DNA from: Mobula birostris
Taxonomy: Eukaryota
Direction: 5' to 3'
DNA: 64,000 nt
NCBI RefSeq assembly: GCF_030028105.1
Contig: NC_092398.1
Coordinates: 24,691,649 to 24,755,648, forward strand
This document shows, piece by piece, positions 25,148 to 37,519 of the stretch; position 1 is the first letter of the stretch, and every line of letters begins with the position of its first letter. The notes beneath the pieces are model-generated. The model was not told the origin of the DNA and did no database searches. It was given only the letters and a program-made list of their open reading frames with translations. The translations under genes were made by a program, and so were the position numbers.

Positions 25148-25929
25148 CTTTCCTCAATGGCCCAGCGAGCTGTGTTGGCTGGAGTCAGAGCTTTTGCTTT
25201 GGCTCAAATTAGGGTCACCTACGCCAAACAAGTCAAAGGATAGACCCCAGACTAGGATCGATCTGCTAGTTCTCTATGTTTGGGTCACAGCTCAGGGCTA
25301 ACAACCTTGACTTGTGTGAGAAGAAAATCCTCACCTGCCACTCGTTCGGCATCCCATCCATGCCATTAGACACCACCCTCCACCACCGGCGGACAATGCA
25401 TGTCCGCACAATTCAGATTGTATCCTCGCCCGGACAATTCCGGCAAAACCTCCACTCAACCCCGCTGCTTTTCCCGAGAGGGGGAGCAGAGAACAGTACC
25501 ACTTGCTGGGTCTCCCAGCTCCGACCATCCGCTATCCCAACTTCATAAGACCTTAAGGCATGAGAACGAGGCCAGTCGGCCGATCAAATCTGTTCTGTTA
25601 TTCGATCATGGCCAACTTTAAATCAAATCGATCACTGTAATCGGGTGTGAACCTTGCAGCCTCGGCCCCTGCAGCCCCTTTCAACAGACTGTGGCAATTC
25701 AAGGAAGCAGTTCACTCCCATCTTTCTGGAGGACTGTTAGGAATGGGGAATATATACCGGCCTTGTTGGATCCAATGGAGAAATGAAAGTAATTTTTGAA
25801 GTTATAGTGGGCATATGTAGTTTAACGTGCAGAAATCATTGCGACCTTGTAATATTGTGAAACTAGAACTCCCAGGATGCTGCAGCTCTCCCAAAGAGCT
25901 CACGAGCTATAGAGCATGCGTGAATGAAA

Positions 25930-26480
25930 TGTTCCAGATCTACTATATTCCCCATGATCCTCCGCAACGCAGCGCATGTCCTGTAAGCAACAGCATTTAG
26001 AGTTCATTCCCCAGCAGCCTCCACCCACCGCGCATTTACACTTCAGGAACGTCGCCGCGGCTCCCGCGGTGTTCATGTCTGCCATCTATTTTCCTAGCGG
26101 GTGAATCGGCATTTACACCGCCTGACCCCTCAGCTCCTCCGTTGTGCCGAAGCACCCGGTCGAGGTGTATCACCCAAAGGATACAAGTAAAGACGGTTGC
26201 TGGCAATGGCAACCGCCTCCTCTCATGTCGCCATGTTTGCGTCGCAGGCGCGTCGCGACCACTGAGCAGAAGCGGTGGGGGTGGGAGAGCGCGGTGACGG
26301 GAGTTACCAATGAGCGGAGTGGTGCTGTTGGGACCTGTCACTGAGCGGGAAAGGACGGACTGCGGGAAGAAGCCAAGTACTTTAAAAAGCCGATTCGGGT
26401 GGGTGGCGGCTTCAAATGTTCGTGGCCCCGCCCTCTTCCCCAGTGCTCAACCCCCCCCCGGGCAAACAGCAGGGGTCCCC
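25930..26480 (-). promoter_or_regulatory. CpG-rich promoter-like island
   Basis: Locally dense CpG (gcgtcgcaggcgcgtcgcgacc), YY1-like AAACATGGCG on the minus strand at about 26230, CCAAT at about 26306, and GC-box-like tracts. Confidence 0.45.
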
Positions 26481-26519
26481 ACCACGTGAAATTGTGACTT
26501 GTTGACAAAGAGAATTCCA

Positions 26520-26787
26520 ATGGTGGATGTTGACTCAGTATCGGTTAAGCGTATCATTGTCATCTGTCTTACTATCACCGCATTATGCAGCATGTATGAT
26601 TAAACTCTGATACTTGTTTACTCCAAATAGCTATAAAATACAGAAAGAGCATGGGTGTTGATGAAAGAAAACACATCGACACCCCCAGTCCTTCCGGCAC
26701 GAAAAAGAAAAGAAACAGAACTCCCAGACGCCAATATCCCGCCTCGCCCGGAAGGAACAATAACAACCAAAGACCCCCTACACGTCA
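26520..26787 (-). mobile_element. Possible short LTR abutting the GPCR truncation point
   Basis: On the minus strand it begins TGACGTGTAG exactly where GPCR homology stops and ends ...CATCCACCA. Contains AGTAAA. No TSD. Confidence 0.35.
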
Positions 26788-28071
26788 GGCGTGGATATTA
26801 CACACGAAGATGTTCATCAGGAATATAAACGCTTCCCAAAAAACAATAGGAATCTGCCTCAATACCAGATCGAAGACAACAACGAGAAGATCCGCCATTG
26901 CCATGGCCATCAAGTAACGAGCGACGCCCTTTGAAAGACCGCACTTTCCCTGGGACAGGACCACAATCGTCAGCACATTCACTATTGGGATTGAAAGAAA
27001 CACAAGCATGTTTGTGGGCAAGGAATAATATCAGCACAGTCACAGACAGGAAATATGGAAACATGCTTTTGAACGCAGAATGGAAGACTGCAGTTTTCCA
27101 GCATCAGCGATGTCTGCTGGTGACGAGGATTATAGCTCAGTGAAATCGACAAAGAACTGGAAAATAACGTCACAACGCCAAACAACGAACAGCTGAGAAA
27201 ATGTGCTCTCGGATTTCGGTGAAGATGAATTTGAAATAGGGCTCGAAATTGGTCATTGAATTGGAATTGCTTTACTATTACGGAAGTTGTATCACAAGGG
27301 TACAGGGAAACACGCGTCTCCACAATATGCATACAGATCAATTCTTTACTCAGTGCTTTGAGGCGTGACGTAATATCAGTTCAGGCTCTCCGGCTTCTTC
27401 TGCCGGTCTTTTAAATTTATATAATATTTCGGAAGCCATCCATTTTAAACTGCAATCCAAATTGGGAGTTCGGTATCTGAAGCTACAAGGGATGCTTACT
27501 CAGTTGAAAATTTTAAACGCCAGCTCAGAAGATCTTTATTTAAGCTTGATTTTAACTGGAATTATTTTGTCTGCTCTTTTCATGTTATTTCTGTTTGTAT
27601 TCTAAAAGCACAGTGAAACTTCATCTATTTGGAAAGTACTGTAATTATTATTATTATTATTTTTATTGTTGCTGTTTTGTTGTTGTGATTGTTGTTGTTT
27701 AAAGAAACAAAAACAGGGAGATAAATGTTATTGACCGAATCTGTCAATGTATTACAGGTTCATCATCAAAAGTTCAGTTAGTGAGGACGATGGACTGCGT
27801 TAACCGGAAAATGTCATTAAATTCCTACCCATCAAATCTCTTTACAGGAACCCGTGATCACTGCTTCTCCTTCTCTGGTCAGCAACTTACCGGGAAATGC
27901 AACCAAAGCGAGAACGGGATAGTAGATGGGCTGAATTGTCCGGAGTAAATACCAGATCCGTATGTCTGCTGGTATCCAAGGGTCATTCGAAAAAATATAG
28001 GGAGCCAGGCTGAAGGCACCCTTCCCTGTCTCTGGAACATTCCATGGTCCTATTTCTCGTACCTGAAGCAA
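26788..28071 (-). pseudogene. Truncated GPR139-like GPCR paralog (exon 1 28071-27891, exon 2 26981-26788)
   Basis: Near-identical to the gene at 52334-54409. The start ATG is mutated to TTG with an in-frame TGA three codons upstream. Exon 2 stops at CNIHA-TGA, before the DRF motif. Confidence 0.9.
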
Positions 28072-29203
28072 TGCCCGTCACTGTTCCCAGATTCCAGTCG
28101 GTGACCGGCGATTCGCACGCTGCACATGTGACCGTTCACGTAAAATTCCACTTTAATGTTCGCAGTTCCCCAATTATTGGCTTCCGCTGTCGAGCCACTG
28201 CGGTCCGTGTGTGACAGAGGGGTTGCTCTCGCTAACACTATGAACCTTAATCGAAAGGAGCAATTTTAAATAGAGCTGCTAATCTTCCAGTGACACAACC
28301 AGGCTCCATACGGGCTGCCGTTAATTAACATACATCTACGGTTAACCCCTTTGAATCCGGATCGCGGGAGCAAAAGTTAAAACGATTTATTAAACAGGGC
28401 GGTGATGTCCAGGATGTATGTCCACCGGTCCCGGACATTCGTTCTGCATCATCTTGCAGGAGACAGAAAAGCTTCCAAGAACGTACCATCAGGCTCAGTA
28501 ACAGCTTCAATCACCACATTATTAAAATATTCAACCCTTCCCCAGACGATTAGATTGTCTCTTGATATTGCAATCTGCCTCGCTCTGACTTTGCAATTTG
28601 TTGTTCCCCTGCGCCGCGCTTTCTCTGTAACTGCAGCACTTTATTCTGCATTCTGTCATTGTATTAACCGGAAATCAATGCACTGAGGCAATTATTCTTT
28701 TTTTTTTTCTGAATGAGGAGTATGTAAAACAAGGTTGTTTTCTTTTCCCAGCATCGAAAAATACAATGAAGTCTTGTGTACCATCAGTGTCCCATCGGGC
28801 AGGATGCTGCGCAGCGTCCTCACCAGGACCAGCAGTATCTAAAACAGTTACTTTCTACAGGCAGTAAGGCTGATCGACACTTATACCTACCAACACATTC
28901 CACCATCTCCCCCTCCCACCCAACACCACTACTTTATCATTTCCTATCAGTAAATATGTGAACAGCCCTTAGAGTCACTTTGTAGACATATCAATCTCTG
29001 AATATAAACTATTTATGTATTTATATTTATTGTCCTCTTTATTACTGTGCTCCTTGCCCTATTGTGTTTGTTGGCGCTGCAATGGATCCGGAGTAACAAC
29101 TGTTTCGTTCTCCTTTGCACTTTTGTAATGGAAATAATATTGAACAATTCTGAATCTTGAATAATAGACCATTTACTAATTGAACATTCTGCAGTGTGAT
29201 GGA

Positions 29204-29319
29204 CCAATCGGTTAGGGAGCGGCCTGCAGGTCTGATGAAAGACTCAGAGGGGATCCTTTCCTTCGACGGAAGGAGGCTGATGGAAACTTTGCAACTTTGC
29301 TCCAGCTAATCTGACGTCA
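29204..29319. promoter_or_regulatory. CCAAT box plus perfect CRE (TGACGTCA) about 1.2 kb upstream of the GPCR start; conserved at 55515-55630
   Basis: CCAAT at 29204-29208 and TGACGTCA at 29312-29319. The second copy has TGACGTCA at 55623-55630. Confidence 0.35.
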
Positions 29320-29484
29320 CTGCGTCGGCGATGAAGGAGTGGTTCATGTTGTATCGGATGAGTGACAATTCGGAAATTACGCGGTCGAAATTGCTTTATT
29401 TATGAAAGGGATTTGGAACAAATCTGTATTAAACTTCAACATATATTAAATCCCGTTTAAACGCCCATCCACTCGACTGAAACA

Positions 29485-29880
29485 ATGACAACAAACACAG
29501 ACTGCTGGAGGAGCTCGGCAGATCAGGCAGCCTATATGGAAGTGAATAAACAGTGGACGTTTCCGGTCGAGAACTTTCATCAGGACCGAAGAGGAAGGAA
29601 GCATACGCCTGAGTGAAATGCTGAGGGAGGCGATAAGGAATACAGACCGGTACCTGATACTTGTAGCCAAGTGAGCGGGTAAATGGGTAGGTGGGGAAGA
29701 GGGATGAAGTAAAGACGTTGTAGTTGATAGTTGGAAAAAATAAGAGCTAGAAAAGAAGGAATCTGATAAGAGAGGGGAAATTGAAGGAGGTGGTCACAAG
29801 GGGGAGGTGATCTGCTTGTGAGGGAATGAAGGAAGAGTGGTGTCAGAATGGATAATTGAAGAAAAGTGAAGGGGAGCGGA
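29485..29880 (-). mobile_element. Longer Penelope-related fragment with a degenerate hammerhead motif (paralog about 55800-56200)
   Basis: Minus strand CGGTC-CTGATGA-AAGTTCTCGACCG-GAAAC-GTC-CACTG at 29551-29588, followed by the same downstream sequence as the short elements. Confidence 0.6.
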
Positions 29881-30519
29881 GAAAATTATCGGAAAACATT
29901 AAAACATTGACATTTTTCTTTTAATGCACCTACCATATCAAAGATACTTCCACGATTAAACCGGTTAGTACATCTGATGTGTTGCGTTCGGATCACATCG
30001 CAGGAAAATATAAGCCAGCCAACCAATATTTCGTCATAACCTGCAAACCAACAGATTGCCCAGAGATTCTCCTCCGCAATGCTTTGCATCCTCCTTTACG
30101 ATGGTGACCAGAATTACCCACAGTACTCTAAACGCGGGCAACGTAATGTTATGCACATGAGAGTGGTGTTGATTAAAGGAACCGCTTTGACTGAATAGTG
30201 GAGAAGTCCTGTTGGGCAGAATAGCTTCATTATGATGCTATAATTTGTGGGTTCAATACCTCACCCAGGGTCCCTTTCACTTTCCAGTTTTACCCTTTAT
30301 ACTCACAGGTACGCCCTGCCCTTCGCCTGTTGATCACTTTGTTAACACTCTCTAACTGACCGTCTCTTCTTTCCGTTCGACTGCTGCTAGTTCTCAACGA
30401 AATGTCTGGATATTATCCATGCTCTAGTTTATGGCCACAACACTGTGAACCTCCATCGCTATTCGAGCCCATGTTTCCTTTTCTCGCAACTCCCCACCCT
30501 CTCTATCCTGACCCTCTCT

Positions 30520-30531
30520 CCTTGTCCCTGA

Positions 30532-30570
<39 letters not shown>
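30520..30570 (+). repeat. (CT)n microsatellite
   Basis: Direct dinucleotide run; shorter in the paralog near 56840. Confidence 0.9.
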
Positions 30571-31067
30571 GCTGTGCTCCAGACCCCCTTGATGTGTTGG
30601 CATCCATTGTGCGCACATCAAACAGCAGTACAAATGGGGTTCTATGTTGACAGATGGGTGCACACAGAACAAACTAGTGCACAGCGGCGGTGTGGAGAGG
30701 ATGTGTACAAGCCGGACTCAAGTGCACTGGGGACAGTTTTCGGATGTGTCTGTACAGACCGGACCAGTTAACGATGAAATTTCTTTTGACACACCTGCCA
30801 TTGGAAAACATACTTCCGTGATTAATCCCGTCTGTAAATTTCATCAACGGATGTATTTCCTTCGGGTCACCTTGCAGGGAAATTACGATCAACCTGTCCA
30901 ATACAGAGAGAGTCGTGGAGTAATAGAAAAGTACAGCACAGAAAAAGACCCTTCGGCCAATCTAGTCTGAGCCGAACCAATTAAACTTCTACTCCCCTCG
31001 ACCCACACGCGTATCACAGCCCTCAATAACCAAGGCATCCGTTTATCTGTCCAAGCGTCTCTCAGAC

Positions 31068-32213
31068 CAGAGGTCCCCAACCACCGGGCCGCAAAGCATG
31101 AGCTACCGGGCCGAGAGGAAACCTTTCCTCATTCCCTGTCACGTACTGTTGAGCCATTACGCATGCGAGGTCATTAACCGCGCTTCATCCATGTCAGCGC
31201 GGGAACGAGATCAATTCCCCGAGCTTGCAAATGACAGCAGGCTGAAAAGTATGTTTGGCATAACATCTCTGCCGGCATTCTGGATCAAAGTCAAAGCTAA
31301 ATAACCTGAGATAGCCACAAAAGCACTGAAAACGCTGCTTCCATTTCCAAAATATCTCTGCGAAGCGGGCTTTTCTGCAATGAATGCAACGAAAACTAAA
31401 TTGCGGAATAGACTGGACATAAGTAACCCCCTTCGAGTACCGCTGTCTACCATCACCCCTCGATAGGACCGTCTTGTTGCAGGGAAACAAGCCCAAGGCT
31501 CCCACTGATTCACCGATATTGGTGTGTTGCAATGATTCTATATGTTCATACGGGGAAAATATGTGTTGTGTGTTTAACATCCAAACGTTACTGAAAATGT
31601 TATAATGCTATTGACATATATAAGCATATAACAATTACAGCACAGAAACAAACCACCTCTGCCCTTCTAGTCCGTGCCGAACGCTTACTCTCACCTAGTC
31701 CCAACGACCAGCACTCAGCCCACAACCCTCCATTCCTTTCCTGTCCATATATCTATCCATATTTTCTTTAAATGATAATATCGAACCTGCCTCTACCACT
31801 TCTACTGGAAGTTCGTTCAACACTTACTTCAAGCTCCCCTGTCCTCCCCTGATAATTGATTTATCTCTATATTCATGCGAGGAAAATATGCGCTGTGCAT
31901 TTAATATTAAGTTCGCCAGATAAACCCTTTTAGAAAGGAAATTGAGTGTATTAGGCACTTATTACCGATATTCGGCACGTGGTTCCCCCGCACCGCCGAA
32001 CAGAATCGCCAAAAGCAATTTGTAGGGGAAAAAAATCGTCACGTAAACGCATTCGCACTGGTGCCCGCACAAGGCTTCATTGTCATTGAAGTCTTTTTCG
32101 GGTAATCACAACGTATTTGTCTGCTACTCTTGTCCGTTGGCAATTCTACCCACCACCACCACCCCAGCCCCCCAGTCGGCCGGTCCGCAGTGCAAAACGT
32201 TTAGGGACCCCTG
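31068..32213 (+). mobile_element. Non-autonomous Charlie/Buster-type hAT element with transposase C-terminus and an internal CR1 tail
   Basis: TIRs CAGAGGTCCCC...GGGACCCCTG. Translation LPAFWIKVKAK*PEIATKALKTLLPFPKYLCEAGFS...KLRNRLD is a hAT dimerisation domain. Paralog 57370-58490 is truncated. Confidence 0.85.
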
Positions 32214-32919
32214 TTCGTTCGTAGTGCTTTGCTGTTTGAAAGAAGATTCCAGGAAGTGAGTGCAAGCTCGAACGGCCTTAAAGTGAATCAGTTTAGAGTT
32301 GGTGTGCCAGCCAATCATAGACTCCATTTCGGCGATTAAAGCATCGAGGAAGATTGAAATCAAGGCGAGGGCAGAAAGTGAGTGAGGGTTTAAAACTGAC
32401 TGCTGTTTGATCGCAGGGACGGATCTCTCTGTTGTCAAATGAGTTGTGTAGTACCTTTCACTCACTGTTGCCGGAGTGTAGGCCTCTGTGTTTTGGTGGC
32501 CTCTCTATCTCTATCTCTCGACGTTGGTCAGAGGATATTACCGGGGCTGCATTTATGGACTGGAATATGGAGTTCTTCAGTCTTATGATGTTTATATTCT
32601 CTGTTTTCGTCAGTTATTTCTCGTTATTGTGTGGCGTGGTTTGTTAGTTCTTTGTGAGAGCGAAAGGAGTTTGGGGTTTGATGTTCTTGTTCTTGACAGC
32701 ATTTTTTGTGTGGTGTAGGTTTTGACGTTTATCTTTGAATTATTTCCATGCATTTCTTTGTACTGTGGCTATCTGGAGAAGACAAATCTCTGAGTTGCAT
32801 ACTGAGTACATAATTTAATAATAAATGAACCTTTGAACGATTGTTGATGCCTGACACGGCGATTTGGGTATCTCAGAGAATGTTGAACTCATGGGATTAT
32901 CAGGCACGAGTCTCTAGAG

Positions 32920-34111
32920 CAGGGGTCCCCAATCTTTTTTGCACAACGGAGCGGTTTAATATTGACAATAATCTTGCGGACCGGCCGACCGGGGCGGGGG
33001 ACGGGTAGGGTTGCCAACGGACAAGAGTAGCAGTCAAATACGTTGTGTTCACCCCGAGAAAGATTTCAATGACCATGAAGCCTTGTGCGAGCACTAGTCC
33101 ACATGCATTTACGTGCAGATGTTTTTTTCCCCTACAAATTCTTTTTGGCAATTCTGTTCGGAGGATTGGGGGTTTGTCAACCACCACCGGAATATCGGTA
33201 ATAACTGCCTAATACACTCAACTTTCTTTCTAAAAGGGTTTATCTAACGAACTTAATATTAATCACACAGCGCATATTTTCTCACATGAATATAGTGATA
33301 AGTCAATTGTCAGGGGAGGACAGGGGAGCGTGAAGTAAGTATTGAACGAACTTCCAGTAGAAGTGGTAGAGGCAGGTTCGATATTATCATTTAAAGAAAA
33401 ATTGGATGGGTGTATGGGTAGGAAAGGAATTTCGGGTTGTGGGCTGAGTGCAGATCGGTGGGACTAGGTGAGAGTAGCGTTCAGAGCGGGCTAGAAGGGC
33501 AGAAATGGCCTCTTTCCGTGCTGTAATTGTTATATGGTTATATAAGTCAATAGCATCATAACATTTTAAGTAACGTTTGGATATTAAACACACAGCACAT
33601 ATTTTCCCCGTATAAACATATAAAGTCATTGCAACACACCGATATCGCTGAATCAGTGGGAGCCTTGGACTTGTTTCGCTGCATGTAGACGGTCCTTTCG
33701 AGGGGTGATGGGAGACAGCGATACTCGAAGGGGGTTCCTTATGTCCAGTCTATCCCGCAATTTAGTTTTCATTGCATTGATTGCAGAAAAGCCCGCTTCG
33801 CAGAGAAATTTTGGAAATGGAAGCAGTGTTTTCAGTGCTTTCGTGGCTATCTCAGGATATGTAGCCTTGGCTTTGATCCAGAATGCCGGCAAAGATGTTA
33901 TGTCAAACATATTTTTTAGCCTGCCATGATTTGTAAGCTCGGGGAATTGATCCCCTTCCCGCGATGACATGGACGACGCACGGTTAATGACTTCGCATGC
34001 GTAATGGCTCAACAGTGCGTCACAGGGAATGAGGAAAGGTTTCCTCGCGGCCCGCAAGCACATGCTTTACGGCCAGGTATCGGTCCGCGGCCCGGTGCTT
34101 GGGGACCGCTG
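32920..34111 (-). mobile_element. Second copy of the same Charlie-type element, opposite orientation
   Basis: CAGGGGTCCCCAA...GGGGACCGCTG. ORF 33653-34063 carries the same dimerisation domain. Left flank CTCTAGAG resembles the Charlie target preference. Confidence 0.85.
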
Positions 34112-34379
34112 GCCAAAATAAAATTCTAGTGAGCGGAGGGGAATCTGCACGAAAACGCATCTGCACTGGTGCCCGCGCAAGGGTTCATGGACATTGAAGT
34201 CTTTCTCAGGGTAAACTCAACGTATTTGAGTGCTGTTCTTGTCCGTTGGCAACCCTACTCCCCACAACCACCCGTGCCCCACCCCACCCCACCCCCGCAG
34301 TCGGTCGGTCCGCAAGAATATTATCCCTGTCAGTACAAAACCCCCAATACCATTTACTCTAATTTTGCACACTAACCTC

Positions 34380-36260
34380 TATGTGGCTTTCTGAAAGTCC
34401 AGATACAGTACATCCACTGGCTTTCCCATGTCAATTTTTATAGTTACATTCTCAAAAAAAATCCGGAAGATTAGTCAAGCATCATTTCCCTTTCGTAAAT
34501 CCATGCTGACTACGACCTATCCTGCCACTGCTATCCAAATATTCCGCTATTACATTTTTATAATTAATTCCAGTATCTTCCCCACCACTGATGTCAGACG
34601 AACTGTTCTATAATTGCCTGTTTTCTCTCTCCCTCCTTTCTTAGAAAGAGGGATAACATTAGCTACCCTCCAATCCGTAGGAACTGATCCTGAATCTATA
34701 GAACATTGGAAAATAATTACCAATGCGTCCAATGTAAAATTAAGTTGCAATGTAAATTGAAAAGCGTGAATACAGGACTGAAGGTGTCATATCTGAAAGC
34801 ATGCAGTACACTAGAATAAGGTCGATGAACTTGTAGCACAGTTAGAGATCGGCAAGTATGATGTTGTAAGCATCACGGAATCATGGCTGAAAGAAGATTA
34901 TAGCTCGGAGATTAATGTCCAACGGTACACATTGTATCGAAAGGACAGGCAGGAAGCCAGAGTAGCCAGTATTCTCTTGTTGGTAAAAAAATGTAATTTA
35001 ATCATTAGAAATGGTTGATATAGGGTCGGCAGATGTTGAATCATTGTGGATAGGGCTTAGAAACTGCAAGGGGTATAAAGAGCCTGATAGGAGTTATATA
35101 CAGAAACCCCCAAAAGGATCAAACGGGGTATAGAAAATGCATTCCAAAAGGGTAACCTTACAATAGTCATGGGGGATTACAATACGTAGGTAGATTGGGT
35201 TGCTGTGGGATTCCAAGGGGGAAATTCCAGAATGCCTATGGGATGGTTTTTAAGAGCTGCTCGTGGTTGAGCCACGAAAGGAGAATCTATTGATGTTGTG
35301 TACTTGGGTTTTCAGAAGGCCATTGACAAGCTGCCACACATGAGGCTGCTTGGTAAGCTACGAGCTCATAGTATTACAGGAAAGATTCTAGCATGGATAA
35401 AGCAGTGGCTGACTGGCAGGAGGCAAAGACTAGGAATAAAGGGGGCTTTTCTGGTTGGCTGCCGGTGACGACTGGTGTTCCACGGGGTCTGTGTTAGGAC
35501 CGATTCTTGTTACATTATATGTTAATGATTTGGATGATGGATTTAATGGCTTTGTTGCAACATTGCAGACGATACGCAGATAGGTGGAGGGGCAGATAGT
35601 TTTGCAGAAATAGAGAGGCTACAAAAGGACTTAGACAGATTAGGAGAATGGACAAATAAGTGTCAGGTGGAATACAGTGTCGGGAAGTACTTGGTCATGT
35701 ACTTCGATAGAAGAAGTGAAAGGGTTTACTCTTTTCTAAGTGGAGAGAAAATACAAAATCTGAGGCACAAGGCGACTTGGGAGTCCTTGTGCAGGATTCT
35801 CTGAAGCTCAATTTGAAGGTTGAGTCTGTGGTGTGGAAGTCAAATGCAATATTAGAATTAATTTTAAGAGGACTAGAATATAAAAGCAATCATATAATAT
35901 TGAGACTTTACAAGACACTGGTAAAGCTTCACTTTGAGTATTGCGAGCAGCTTGGTACCCGATATCTTAGAAAGGATGTGCTGAAATTGGAGAAGGTTCA
36001 AAGTGGTTTCACAAAAATGATTCCAGAAATAAACATCTTATCATATGGAGAGTGTGTGATGGTATTAGGCTTGTATTCACTGAAATTCAGCATAATGAGG
36101 GCTGACATCATTGAAACCTATCAAATGGTGAAAGGCGAGTGAGTAAGGGTGTCAAAGGTGACAGGGAGAAAGTAGGAAAATGGAGTTGATGGGGGCATCA
36201 AATCAACCATGGTGGGGTGATGGAGCAGGGTCGATGGGCTGAATGGCCTAAACCAGCTCC
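34380..36260. mobile_element. CR1 LINE fragments (minus 34380-34740; plus 34750-36260)
   Basis: DWRVANVIPLSKKGGREKTGNYRTVRLTSVVGKILE on the minus strand; APE and RT remnants plus LYKTLVKLHFEYCEQ on the plus strand. Confidence 0.8.
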
Positions 36261-36889
36261 TCGCTCTTATTCTCACTGAGCAAAAACAGCCTTGTCCCTT
36301 CCTTCAGTTTTTTTGGAACCCAACCTTGTTATTCTATTTTTTTCACTTCTTAGTTGTTTTGAACATTTATACTAATCTTTTTATGTCTTTGCCCCGACCT
36401 TCACGTCACAGAAGTCAGTGATGATAAATCTGATTTGAGAATAGTGCAGAGACGGTTTCCCAGCTTAATCCACATTGATGAAGCTCTGTAAGCCTCTCAG
36501 CCACTTGCCCTTTGATGTGCAGCAGTACAAGATTCCAGTCACCACCATTGCGCACAGCCCGAGTATCCCCAGGACAGCTCCAACAATCATCAAAGCTTCA
36601 TTCTCAACCAGTGCGTTGTGTTGTGAGGAGAAAACCTTGGAGGTTCTGTCGTTGTGTTAAGTCATGTTTCATATCATATCATTAAGTTCAAAGTTAATTT
36701 ATTATCAGAGTACTGACGTATATGTCAACCTATGCAACTCTGAGGTTCAATTTCCTGTGGGCATACACGGCAAGTCTATAGAGTAGTAACTAGGACGGGA
36801 TCAATGAACGATCAACTTGACTGCAGAAGACAACAAACTGTGCCACTGTGCTGTGCAATAAATAAATAGCAAACAAATAACCAGAAACT

Positions 36890-37320
36890 GAGATAAAGAG
36901 TCCTTAAAGAGAGATCATTGGTTGTAGGAGCATCTTAATGGATGGACAAGTGAGTGTAACCAAGAGCCCGATGGCTGAGGGGTAGTAACTGATTCTGAAC
37001 CTGGTGGTGTGAGTCCCGCGGCTCCTGTGCTTTCCACCTGATGGCAGCAGCGAGAGAAGTGTATGGCCTGGGTGGTGGGGATGTCTGACAAAGAATACTT
37101 CTTTCCTACAATGTTGTTTCATGTAGATGTGATCAATGGTTGGGAGGGCTTCACCCGTGATGTACTGGACCAAATCCACTATCTTTTGTAGGATTTTCCA
37201 CTCAAAGGCATTGGTGTTTCCATACCAGTCTGTAATGCAGCCAGTCAATTCACATCTAGAAAAGTCTGTCAAAGTTTCAGTGTCCGGTCAAATCTCCAGT
37301 GACTCCTAAGGGAGTAGGGA
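36890..37320 (-). mobile_element. Rex/L2-type LINE 3' fragment (paralog 58810-59240)
   Basis: ORF 36904-37272 contains LTGCITDWYGN...LQKIVDLVQYITG...HPHHPGHTLLSLLPSG. Confidence 0.7.
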
Positions 37321-37519
37321 CAAGTCTACTTCCTTAAGAGGTGACTTGTTGTGAGCAGCTCCCATGGGAATCATCAAATATTCCCATTGTTCAGGACTAA
37401 AACAGCTGAAATACGTGGTCACAGCTATGAATACTTCAGTAAATAACACATTTCACAACGTATCCCAAAGATATTAAACCTGATTCTGTTTTGTAAAGGC
37501 ATGTTCAACGTACGAGGAG

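Larger units (their letters stand above)
19400..25640 (-). repeat. Right arm of the inverted segmental duplication (partner about 1-9350)
   Basis: Same matches as the left arm. It lacks the Rex LINE (3657-4745), the CR1 (5407-6555) and the LTR (1811-2658), and carries its own LTR and hammerhead element. Confidence 0.9.

Noticed and set aside
29232-29260. CTGATGAAAGACTC as a hammerhead core
   Set aside because: No downstream GAAA-N-UH or flanking helices.
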